Assembly (NCBI GenBank): GCA_965230905.1
Contig: OZ246396.1
Coordinates: 180,001 to 212,000 of the forward strand
Source: Candidatus Saccharimonadota bacterium
GTDB taxonomy: Bacteria > Patescibacteriota > Gracilibacteria > UBA1369 > 2-02-FULL-48-14
DNA: 32,000 bases
Direction: 5' to 3'
A program made the translations under genes and the position numbers. The notes under the pieces are model-generated. The model was not told the DNA's origin, ran no database searches, and saw only the letters and a list, made by a program, of their open reading frames with translations. This document shows, piece by piece, positions 1 to 7,145 of this stretch. The first letter of the stretch is position 1. Every line of letters starts with the position of its first letter.

Positions 1-308
1 TATGTTCTCCGGAACTTCCATTAACAAAGGCCCTTCAATCGATTTCACAAGTACAGGCTACGACTTATGAAGGAAGTGATTATACGGAAACTCATTATAA
101 CTTCTAACCCTTCATTTATGACAGAAAATATACTAGACCAAAAAGACCATTTGCCTGGAGCACCTGACCTGAATGAACTCACCAGACTTCCTGATGAAAC
201 TCCCACCTCAGTAATACCACCAACCGTTACGACTCAAATAGCTGAGGTTCGCCGTGTTTGTGATTGGGTACACATCGACATGGGAAATGCCAATCTTAGC
301 TGAAAAAC

Positions 309-337
309 TTGCCAAATGGCTTATTTCCTTATAGAAT
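309..337 (+). promoter_or_regulatory. Candidate sigma70-type promoter for rplJ-rplL
   Basis: TTGCCA at 309-314, 17-nt spacer, TAGAAT at 332-337, just 5' of the structured leader before rplJ. Motif match by eye only. Confidence 0.5.
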
Positions 338-340
338 CCC

Positions 341-500
341 CCTGCGTTCGAAGACAGTGGGCAGTCCCGAAAGGGACAGAAGACCTACCGAGATCCGCAG
401 GCTGATCTGTTAAAACAGAGAGGTCCTACGTTCGTCTCAACGCAAGTTGAGAGATTTTGGTCGACCTCAACCTACAAAATCAGGCCTTCGGGCCAAACTA
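341..500 (+). promoter_or_regulatory. Structured 5' leader RNA upstream of rplJ (candidate L10/L12 autoregulatory leader)
   Basis: Three tetraloop-capped hairpins are visible. GTCCC-GAAA-GGGAC (364-377) is enclosed by CCTGCG/CGCAGG (341-346 / 396-401). TCTCAAC-GCAA-GTTGAGA (435-452) is enclosed by GAGGTC/GACCTC (420-425 / 463-468). GGCC-TTCG-GGCC lies at 483-494. The position directly 5' of rplJ matches where L10 leaders are found in other bacteria. Confidence 0.55.
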
Positions 501-513
501 ATGTTTTGTCACT

Positions 514-1038
514 ATGCCTACAACTAGACAACAGAAAGAAGTCACTCTGACCGAGCTTAAGGACAAGTTTGGACGCGCAAAAAGCGTGGCATTCGGGCAG
601 TACGCCGGAATGAGCATGGAACAGCTCTCAAAAATGCGAAAGCAAATGCGAGAAGCTGGAGTTGAATTCAAAGTCGCTAAAAAGACTTTATTCAAGATTG
701 CCGCTAAAGAACAAGGCTTTGAACTTTCAGATGACCTGTTACCGGGAACCATTGGTGCCGCTTTCTCTTACGAGGACGGAATCGCTGGACCCCGCATCAT
801 CAAGAAGATGGGTAAGGATATTGAAGTCCTTAAACTCATGGGAGGAATTATGGAAGGACAAGTCCTTTCTATTGCTCAAATGAAAGAAATCGCAGATCTG
901 CCAAGCAAACAAGAACTTCTTGGAAAATTGGTTGGACTCATGCGAGCTCCTCTTCAGAATTTCTACGGCGCTATTCAAACGCCTCTCTCTTCTTTCGCTC
1001 GTGGGCTTCAAGCTTACGCGGAGAAGAAACCTGCTTAA
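514..1038 (+). CDS. rplJ: 50S ribosomal protein L10
   Basis: 174-aa ORF with typical L10 sequence (KEVTLTELKDKFGRAKSVAFGQYAGMSMEQLSKMRKQMREAGVEFKVAKKTL) and length, immediately followed by rplL. Confidence 0.95.
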   Translation: MPTTRQQKEVTLTELKDKFGRAKSVAFGQYAGMSMEQLSKMRKQMREAGVEFKVAKKTLFKIAAKEQGFELSDDLLPGTIGAAFSYEDGIAGPRIIKKMGKDIEVLKLMGGIMEGQVLSIAQMKEIADLPSKQELLGKLVGLMRAPLQNFYGAIQTPLSSFARGLQAYAEKKPA

Positions 1039-1059
1039 ATTAATTAACTCACTATAATT

Positions 1060-1461
1060 ATGTCAGACGACGTAAAAGTAGAGCTCTCTAAAGAGGGAAA
1101 AACTCTCATCGAAGCTCTCGAAAAACTCAATGTTGTTGAACTCAACAACGTAGTAAAATTCATGGAACAAGAGTACGGAATTTCCGCTGCTCCTGTGGCT
1201 ATGGCTGCTGCTGGTGGTGCCGCTGCTGGCGGAGCTGCTGCAGAAGAAGAAAAATCTTCCTTCAACGTTAAACTCGTTGACTCTGGTGCTCAAAAGATCG
1301 GAGTGATCAAGGTTGTTCGTGAACTCACTGGACTTGGTCTCAAGGAGGCTAAGGACGTAGTAGACGGACTTGGAATGGTTATGGAAAATGCAGACAAGGC
1401 TAAAGCAGACGAAGCTAAAAAGGCTTTGGAAGGTGCTGGAGCTAAGGTTGAATTGCAATAA
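1060..1461 (+). CDS. rplL: 50S ribosomal protein L7/L12
   Basis: 133-aa ORF with an N-terminal dimerisation region, an Ala/Gly/Glu hinge ([17 protein letters not shown]) and the conserved C-terminal domain ([24 protein letters not shown]...[14 protein letters not shown]). Confidence 0.95.
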   Translation: MSDDVKVELSKEGKTLIEALEKLNVVELNNVVKFMEQEYGISAAPVAMAAAGGAAAGGAAAEEEKSSFNVKLVDSGAQKIGVIKVVRELTGLGLKEAKDVVDGLGMVMENADKAKADEAKKALEGAGAKVELQ

Positions 1462-1503
1462 TTACGCGCGAAGCGTGAGCGAAGTGCGCTTACAAAAAGA
1501 GAA

Positions 1504-1532
1504 AAAGGCCCTCGGAAACGAGGGTCTTTTTT
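1504..1532 (+). terminator. Rho-independent terminator after rplL
   Basis: AAAGGCCCTCG (1504-1514), GAAA loop (1515-1518), CGAGGGTCTTT (1519-1529), running into a T-tract that ends at 1532. GC-rich stem with one G-U pair. Confidence 0.8.
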
Positions 1533-1622
1533 ATTGACAAGGTGGTGTTTTTAAATAGAATTGGGGATGAAAGAGCTTTGCGGCCGTGGTTTATATACCA
1601 CACCTGGCGGGGGGCTTTTTCT

Positions 1623-2036
1623 TCATTGTTCAGGAAAGAATGAAATTAAATATTTTTTCCCGGAGATTTTATCTTCTTTTATTTGAACATAGAAAAGTTC
1701 TTTATGAGGGGTAATACCGGCAAAACGATGTAACCATTCTGATCTTTTATTTGGATTTTCCACCGATCTAGGTAAGCATCTACTTTTCTCTATAAGCTCA
1801 ATAGCTGTTTCAAAAAATTGAAGTCTCCTTGTGCGATCTTTCCAATCTTTTTTCTCATAAAGATGATGCAAGAAAATAGTTAAGAAAACTTTCTCTTTAT
1901 TGAAATAAGCTGATCTAACATAAGGTGTTCTTTTGCTTTTTCTTTGGATTTTTTTAAAAAGCTGTAAGGCGGTATGTCTTACTTCGGAGAAATTAGTACC
2001 AGGAATTTTTCTTGATTTAGTTTTATAAACACGCAT
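1623..2036 (-). CDS. Hypothetical small basic protein (137 aa) in an AT-rich islet
   Basis: Intact ORF rich in Lys/Arg. Local GC is clearly lower than the flanks (two sampled 60-nt lines gave 27% and 35%, against about 53% in the pil genes). I recognise no family. The C-terminal segment ELFYVQIKEDKISGKKYLISFFP looks like a beta-hairpin. Confidence 0.6.
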   Translation of the reverse strand: MRVYKTKSRKIPGTNFSEVRHTALQLFKKIQRKSKRTPYVRSAYFNKEKVFLTIFLHHLYEKKDWKDRTRRLQFFETAIELIEKSRCLPRSVENPNKRSEWLHRFAGITPHKELFYVQIKEDKISGKKYLISFFPEQ

Positions 2037-2078
2037 AAAAGAACATTAGCAGGAAATTTCTGACAAATTCCTGAATTC

Positions 2079-2107
2079 TTTGCACAAATAAAATAAGTTT
2101 TGCACAA
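2079..2107. repeat. Direct repeat TTTGCACAA x2, 20 bp apart, in a divergent intergenic region
   Basis: TTTGCACAA at 2079-2087 and 2099-2107, between the minus-strand 137-aa gene and the plus-strand pil operon. The repeat is visible in the sequence; any function is unknown. Confidence 0.5.
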
Positions 2108-2133
2108 GGTATTAAGACGCCGACTCCCCCTCC

Positions 2134-2162
2134 TTGTAAAAACGGCCTTTTTCTGGTATACT
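2134..2162 (+). promoter_or_regulatory. Candidate promoter of the pilus-assembly operon
   Basis: TTGTAA (2134-2139), 17-nt spacer, TATACT (2157-2162), with a TGn extended -10 (TGG at 2154-2156). It lies about 27 nt upstream of the ATG at 2189. Confidence 0.4.
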
Positions 2163-2188
2163 TACTAGATAAAAATAAACATAAAAGT

Positions 2189-3385
2189 ATGGCTGAAGGG
2201 ATGATTCCCGCATCGGGTAGCGAAAAGGGGCCTGCAATGCCAATGGCACAAGCGGCTGCTTTGAACGATGAATCCAAGAACGTTTTCACCGAGTTGTTTG
2301 GAAAAGACGCTTCGCAGAAGAGTGCCGGCATCATGAACACCGTGGCCGCCCAACAGGATAAAAAAACATCTTTTTTCGGGTCAAAGCCAAAGGAGGATGA
2401 GCTGATAAGCCTCAAGAAGCTGCGCGAGCACCCCAGCAGACCTGGAGCCGCCTTGTTTAAAGCTTCGATTTTCATCTTGGTGCTGACCGTGGGTGGATTC
2501 TTGACTCAGAATTCGAGTTATTTCTCATTTTTTGGAGTGAACCCCGCCTTGAAAGTGGACCAAGCCGCCGACCGCGTGGCGGATTTAACGGCTGATGTAC
2601 AGGTTCAGGGCCATTTGGAAGCGGCTTTGCTGCTGGACCAATACATGTCTAGCGCCGACCAGTATTTTTACAATCTCGCGCAGGCTGAATCAGAGTACAG
2701 TTCCGAGAATAAAAAGGCCGGCTACGAAGAAGAACTCACCGAGCTCAAGCCAGAACTCACGACTTTGCTGGGAAAAGTGCAGCAAAATTTCAGCACGGAG
2801 GTGACTCCCGAGGAAATCGTAACCGCGCAAGCGGTGGTGGATGCCTTGATTGCGGAATTGCACGCCCAATCTGGACAAGTGGATGAACACAGCTTGCTCC
2901 AAGACATTCAAGACCTGGAAACTGCAAAAATCTTGCTCAGCCAGCTTGAATTCAAAGCGCTGGTGAATTCCATTGATCTAGCCGAAGTGACCGATGAAAA
3001 TTTTGAAAGTGTTTATGACCGATTCAGCGAAGTGAACTCCAGTGTGACGGCCTTGATCAGCAAGATTAAGAGCGCCCGCCTGACTTGGTCAGTTTACTTG
3101 GATGAAATCGAAAAACTCACCAAGAGTGTGGATCCTTTGTTCAACACCGAATTCCCCGGCAGCCTGAGTTTGAGTGAAGTTCGCTTCACCACCGATGGCA
3201 CCTTGATGGTAACGGGAAGCACCCTCACCGACGACAGCAAAAACTTCACTTTGGTTTCTGATTTGATCGATGCCTACGAAGATTCTGACTACTTCAGCAA
3301 CGTGGAAGACCGTTCCTATAGCAAAAGTGACGAAGCCGAAACCTATACCGGAAGCTTCCGAATCAGTTTAACCCTGGAACCATGA
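2189..3385 (+). CDS. Bitopic membrane protein with PilN-like topology and C-terminal domain (pilus alignment component candidate)
   Basis: 398 aa. About 95 aa are cytoplasmic at the N-terminus, followed by one TM segment (ALFKASIFILVLTVGGFL) and a long helical, coiled-coil-like region. The C-terminal part (SLSEVRFTTDGTLMVTGSTLTDDSKNFTLVSDLIDAYEDSDYFSNVE...GSFRISLTL) resembles the PilN core pattern. ATGA overlap with the next gene. The exact start is uncertain because several in-frame Met lie near the N-terminus. Confidence 0.6.
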   Translation: MAEGMIPASGSEKGPAMPMAQAAALNDESKNVFTELFGKDASQKSAGIMNTVAAQQDKKTSFFGSKPKEDELISLKKLREHPSRPGAALFKASIFILVLTVGGFLTQNSSYFSFFGVNPALKVDQAADRVADLTADVQVQGHLEAALLLDQYMSSADQYFYNLAQAESEYSSENKKAGYEEELTELKPELTTLLGKVQQNFSTEVTPEEIVTAQAVVDALIAELHAQSGQVDEHSLLQDIQDLETAKILLSQLEFKALVNSIDLAEVTDENFESVYDRFSEVNSSVTALISKIKSARLTWSVYLDEIEKLTKSVDPLFNTEFPGSLSLSEVRFTTDGTLMVTGSTLTDDSKNFTLVSDLIDAYEDSDYFSNVEDRSYSKSDEAETYTGSFRISLTLEP

Positions 3386-3954
3386 GTGATAGAAATAAAT
3401 TTATAGCCGGCCTCTTGATCCTTTTAGTGACCATCGGCTATGGCGTGTTCCAATGGTATGAACGCGAAGCCTTGGCGGTACAAGCCACCGTTTTGAGCAC
3501 CGAAGCGGCCAACCTCACTGCCGTGAGCGACAATTTGAGGGAAGATTACGACGCCATTAAAGTGGAAGTGTCTGCTGCCCGTGAAACGGCTGAGCAAGAA
3601 CTTTCGGTGGTATTCCCTACTAAAGAAGATCTCACCACGCTTACGCGTTTCTTTGATGACTTCTCGGTTAAAAACAACTTTGCCAGCAATCCTTTCTTTA
3701 TTAGCAGCTTGTCTTATGATGCGGCCGTAGCGCCCGAGGGCACCAGCTACCGAGTGGTCCCCCTTCGCCTCAGCATTGAAACTTCAAAAAAGAACCTGAG
3801 CAAATTTTTGGAAACCATTGAAACGTCCGGCTCACTGGAAGGCGAGGTTCGCCTGATGAGCGTGGAAGATATTAAGATCCAATACCCGGATGAATTCGGC
3901 GGATCTTACGAAGTTCAAGTCGAAATTTTTGCCTACTTCTCTCAAGAAATTTAA
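3382..3954 (+). CDS. pilO: PilO-like pilus assembly protein
   Basis: 190 aa with a short N-terminus, a TM segment (FIAGLLILLVTIGYGVF) and a coiled coil. The core that follows (FPTKEDLTTLTRFFDDF...YRVVPLRLSIETSKKNLSKFLETIETSGSLEGEVRLMSVEDIKI) is typical of PilO. Coupled by ATGA at 3382-3385 and TAATG at 3952-3956. Confidence 0.65.
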   Translation: MSDRNKFIAGLLILLVTIGYGVFQWYEREALAVQATVLSTEAANLTAVSDNLREDYDAIKVEVSAARETAEQELSVVFPTKEDLTTLTRFFDDFSVKNNFASNPFFISSLSYDAAVAPEGTSYRVVPLRLSIETSKKNLSKFLETIETSGSLEGEVRLMSVEDIKIQYPDEFGGSYEVQVEIFAYFSQEI

Positions 3955-5204
3955 TGGACGCAAAACTACAAGCTCTGCAGGATGCGATTGTAGGGGGAAA
4001 TATCCCTCAGCTTGTTATGAATGCGGTTTCGTACGCGCTTGATCTGCGTTCTTCGGATATTCATATTGAACCGCTGAAGAACACCGTTCAAATCCGTTAC
4101 CGTGTGGACGGGTCGCTTCGCCGTGTGGTGGAGTACCCACCCAACATCCACCCCGCCGTGGTTTCGCGTATTAAAATAATGTCGAACTTGAAGATTGATG
4201 AGCAGCGCATTCCGCAGGACGGACGCGCGCAAGTGACCACCGGTGAAGGCCGCGAGCTTGACCTGCGTGTTTCGAGTTTGCCTACGATTAATGGAGAAAA
4301 GATCGTGATGCGTATTCAGGATCAATCCAAGGAAATTCCTACTTTTGAAAAATTGGGTATCGCCGGGAATGCTTTGAAATATTTACAGCACGCCTTGGAA
4401 TTACCCAACGGAATTATTTTGACTTCCGGACCTACGGGATCCGGTAAAACCACGACCTTGTACGCCGCGATGACCATTTTGAATGAACCCGATGTGAACA
4501 TTTTGACCATTGAAGATCCGGTGGAAATCCAAATGGACGGACTCAATCAGTCGCAAGTGCATCCCGATATTGATTACACCTTTGCTTTTGGACTTCGAAC
4601 CGCTCTCCGTCAGGATCCCGACATCATCATGGTGGGGGAAATCCGTGATAAGGAAACGGTAGATGTGGCCATTGAAGCATCGCTGACTGGACACTTGGTG
4701 CTGTCCACTATCCATACGAATTCTGCGGTGGAAACGCTGACTCGTATTATTAATATGGGTGTGCCTTCCTTCCTTATGACGGCGACCATCAATGCGATTA
4801 TTGCGCAGCGTCTGGTGCGAAGACTGTGTGACAAATGCCGCAAGCCGCTGGTGGTGGATGAGTACACGCTGACCATGGTGAAATCCGCCATGAGCAAGCT
4901 GCATCCCGATGAACCGCACGACCCTGCTAAAATTGCCGCGCTCCAATTTTTTGGACCGGGTGAAGTGGACTGTGAACAATGCAGCGGCGTTGGGTACTAC
5001 GGACGAGTGGGACTCTTTGAAGTTTTGAAAATGAACAGTGAAATCCGCGACATGGTTTTGAAGCAAGCCTCCACACAAGACATTCAAGAAGCCGGAATGC
5101 GCACCGGAATGGTGACGCTGGAACAAGCCGGAATTTTGAAGGCACTGGATGGAATCACCTCGCTGGAAGAAGTTTATTCCGTAGCTCGACCTGAATCTGC
5201 ATGA
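3954..5204 (+). CDS. pilB: Type IV pilus / T2SS-family assembly ATPase (PilB/GspE/ComGA family), short form
   Basis: 416 aa. Walker A GPTGSGKTT at 4428-4454, Walker B/Asp box DPDIIMVGEIRD, His box GHLVLSTIHTN. Tetracysteine motif CDKC...CEQC followed by GYYGR. It lacks the long N-terminal domains of full-length PilB. Confidence 0.92.
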   Translation: MDAKLQALQDAIVGGNIPQLVMNAVSYALDLRSSDIHIEPLKNTVQIRYRVDGSLRRVVEYPPNIHPAVVSRIKIMSNLKIDEQRIPQDGRAQVTTGEGRELDLRVSSLPTINGEKIVMRIQDQSKEIPTFEKLGIAGNALKYLQHALELPNGIILTSGPTGSGKTTTLYAAMTILNEPDVNILTIEDPVEIQMDGLNQSQVHPDIDYTFAFGLRTALRQDPDIIMVGEIRDKETVDVAIEASLTGHLVLSTIHTNSAVETLTRIINMGVPSFLMTATINAIIAQRLVRRLCDKCRKPLVVDEYTLTMVKSAMSKLHPDEPHDPAKIAALQFFGPGEVDCEQCSGVGYYGRVGLFEVLKMNSEIRDMVLKQASTQDIQEAGMRTGMVTLEQAGILKALDGITSLEEVYSVARPESA

Positions 5205-6403
5205 CCGTACCCAACTTAACAGCAACGCATCTCGACATCGGACTCTCCCGTGAGGATCAGTCCCGCATCGACGAGCTCCGCAGCAGCGCCAAACCCACAA
5301 CGCAGAAAAAAACAGCTACGTTTACCAGCATCAATGAATGGGTGACCCTCACCTTCACCAAGATCACACTGCGTGAAAAAGTGATGTTTTTTCAATTGCT
5401 TTCTGTGATGATCAACGCCGGCGTGCCCATTATTCGCTCTTTATATGTACTGTCGGAACAAGTGAGTAATTTGAAACTCAAGAAAGTGATTCATTCGCTT
5501 GCGCTTGAGATGGAAGAAGGAAAAACTTTGTCTAGTTCCATGGAAAAATTTGGCTCCACGTTCAGTGAAGCGGAGCGCGGTATGATCGCCAGTGGAGAAG
5601 CCTCTGGAAATTTGAATCAAATTTTAAAAGACATCGCCAAGCAGGCGGAAAAAAGCGCCATGATCATTGCAAAAGTAAAAGGCGCCATGATTTATCCGGT
5701 TTCCATTTTGCTCGTGATGGCCGTGTGTTTGTTTTTGATCCTCACCATGGTGGTGCCCAAGCTCACGGACCTCTTCACACAAGGAGGAACGGAGCTGCCA
5801 CTGAGCACACAAATTTTGATGAAGATGTCGACCATTGCCCAGGAATATTGGATCTTGGTGATTATTGCTATGCTGGCCGCAGGACTGGGCTTCACCTTGT
5901 TTAAAAAAAGTAAGCGCGGACGTTACAGCCTGGACCTAGTTTTGCTCTACACGCCTGTGTTTGGAAAGCTGGTACGTGAGCTTATGGTTTCACGCTTTGC
6001 CCGCATGATGGCCAGCTTGATCAACGCCGGAGTGCCCATTGTGAAAGCCTTGGAAATCAACGCGAACGCCGTGGGGAATGAAGTGTACAAACGCCGCATT
6101 CAATACGCGGCTCAGGACGTATCGCAAGGTATGCCTTTGGGAGAAAATTTGACGGACAGCAGCTTCCTCTTCCCCCCTACCGTGGCGTCCATGGTTTTGG
6201 TGGGAGAACAAACCGCTAACCTAAATGAAGTGGCCAGCAAAATTGCCGACTTTTACGAGGGTGAAGTGGACAACGCGGTGGCGTCTTTGTCTAAACTAAT
6301 GGAACCGATGATTCTGGTGATCATGGGAAGCATGGTGGGATTCATTGTGGCCGCTATTATGCAGCCGATTATGTCTTTGAGTGATATTTCTACGAGTGTT
6401 TAA
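5201..6403 (+). CDS. pilC: Type IV pilus platform protein (PilC/GspF/ComGB family)
   Basis: 400 aa with two GspF-type repeats (FFQLLSVMINAGVPIIRSL and FARMMASLINAGVPIVKAL), three hydrophobic TM segments, and an ATGA overlap with the ATPase gene. Confidence 0.92.
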   Translation: MTVPNLTATHLDIGLSREDQSRIDELRSSAKPTTQKKTATFTSINEWVTLTFTKITLREKVMFFQLLSVMINAGVPIIRSLYVLSEQVSNLKLKKVIHSLALEMEEGKTLSSSMEKFGSTFSEAERGMIASGEASGNLNQILKDIAKQAEKSAMIIAKVKGAMIYPVSILLVMAVCLFLILTMVVPKLTDLFTQGGTELPLSTQILMKMSTIAQEYWILVIIAMLAAGLGFTLFKKSKRGRYSLDLVLLYTPVFGKLVRELMVSRFARMMASLINAGVPIVKALEINANAVGNEVYKRRIQYAAQDVSQGMPLGENLTDSSFLFPPTVASMVLVGEQTANLNEVASKIADFYEGEVDNAVASLSKLMEPMILVIMGSMVGFIVAAIMQPIMSLSDISTSV

Positions 6404-6414
6404 ATAGCTTTAAT

Positions 6415-6442
6415 TTGCCTTTTGAAAGGCGTGGTGTAGAAT
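6415..6442 (+). promoter_or_regulatory. Candidate promoter of the pilin gene
   Basis: TTGCCT (6415-6420), 16-nt spacer, TAGAAT (6437-6442). This is the same -10 hexamer as the rplJ candidate promoter. ATG at 6472. Confidence 0.45.
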
Positions 6443-6471
6443 TTGCGTATTCAATTTAACCATACCACGCC

Positions 6472-7020
6472 ATGGTAACCCTTTCTCCGCGCAAACGCGC
6501 TTTCACCCTTATAGAACTTTTGATCGTGATTACGATCATTGGTATTTTGGCCGTTGCCCTTGTACCCCGACTCACCGGAGGACCTGGACGTGCCCGTGAC
6601 GCTCAACGTAAAGCCGATCTTCAACAGATTGCAACCGCGCTTGAGTTCTATGCGAACGACAACTCCGGAGACTACCCCCTTGCAACCACCGGCAACTGTG
6701 CCTCTGGCTTGGCTTTAACCAGCTATTTAACCGTAATGCCTGTGGATCCTGGCAACGATGGTTGGTCTACGACTTATTGTTCAGGTGGATATGCATATAT
6801 CCCGCTCAATACCAATGGCGGTACAGATATTGAAGGCTACTTACTCGTAGCGGATCTTGAGACGGAAACGGAGAAAGGAACGGGTATTTATAACACCAAC
6901 TTTACCGTTACCTCTACATCCACTGCCGCTGCCAACTTCTCAAGTACCAGCCCAGGTAATGCTGCTAAGCTCTGCAGCGCAATGACTTGTACTGACGCCA
7001 TTGTGGTGATTGGACGATAA
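6472..7020 (+). CDS. Type IV prepilin / pseudopilin (GspG/ComGC-like N-terminus)
   Basis: 182 aa with a class III signal MVTLSPRKRA|FTLIELLIVITIIGILAVALVP and Glu at +5. A GspG-like helix follows (RDAQRKADLQQIATALEFY). Four Cys lie in the C-terminal globular part. A strong terminator follows the gene. Confidence 0.9.
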   Translation: MVTLSPRKRAFTLIELLIVITIIGILAVALVPRLTGGPGRARDAQRKADLQQIATALEFYANDNSGDYPLATTGNCASGLALTSYLTVMPVDPGNDGWSTTYCSGGYAYIPLNTNGGTDIEGYLLVADLETETEKGTGIYNTNFTVTSTSTAAANFSSTSPGNAAKLCSAMTCTDAIVVIGR

Positions 7021-7035
7021 TTCTATCGACTTAGG

Positions 7036-7067
7036 AAAGGCCCTCGGAAACGAGGGCCTTTTTGTTT
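7036..7067 (+). terminator. Rho-independent terminator after the pilin gene
   Basis: AAAGGCCCTCG (7036-7046), GAAA loop, CGAGGGCCTTT (7051-7061), then TTGTTT. Nearly identical in sequence to the rplL terminator at 1504-1532. Confidence 0.8.
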
Positions 7068-7123
7068 ACCGCAACACAAAAAAATAAACGGCAAGTTGAA
7101 AGTGGATTTGCAGATTAAATGGG

Positions 7124-7145
7124 GGCGCGAAATTCGCGTCTTTTT
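7124..7145 (+). terminator. Possible second small hairpin plus T-tract between the pilin and giant genes
   Basis: GGCGCG (7124-7129) pairs with CGCGTC (7135-7140), including one G-U pair, around a 5-nt loop, followed by TTTTT (7141-7145). The stem is short and the call is weak. Confidence 0.3.

Noticed and set aside
67-303. 78-aa plus-strand ORF at the left edge, upstream of the rplJ promoter.
   Set aside because: I see no recognisable family, signal or conserved motif. It does not resemble L1 or L11, which normally precede rplJ. It could be a real small gene or non-coding sequence, and I cannot support a call.
1583-1620. Imperfect hairpin (GCCGTGGT...ACCACACCTGGC) followed by a G-run and CTTTTT, a possible second or bidirectional terminator.
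   Set aside because: The stem is interrupted by a 4-nt bulge and the T-tract is separated from it by a G-run. On the minus strand no U-tract follows. This is too weak to call.
2023-2475. 150-aa minus-strand ORF spanning the pil promoter region and the 5' end of the PilN-like gene.
   Set aside because: It overlaps both the end of the 137-aa gene and the start of the PilN-like gene, crosses a sharp GC boundary, and has no motif. It is most likely spurious.
4401-5300. 299-aa minus-strand ORF antisense to pilB/pilC, plus smaller antisense ORFs at 3966-4546 and 5624-6211.
   Set aside because: These are shadow ORFs opposite genes with unambiguous conserved motifs (Walker boxes, GspF repeats). Their translations are Arg/His/Gly-rich nonsense.
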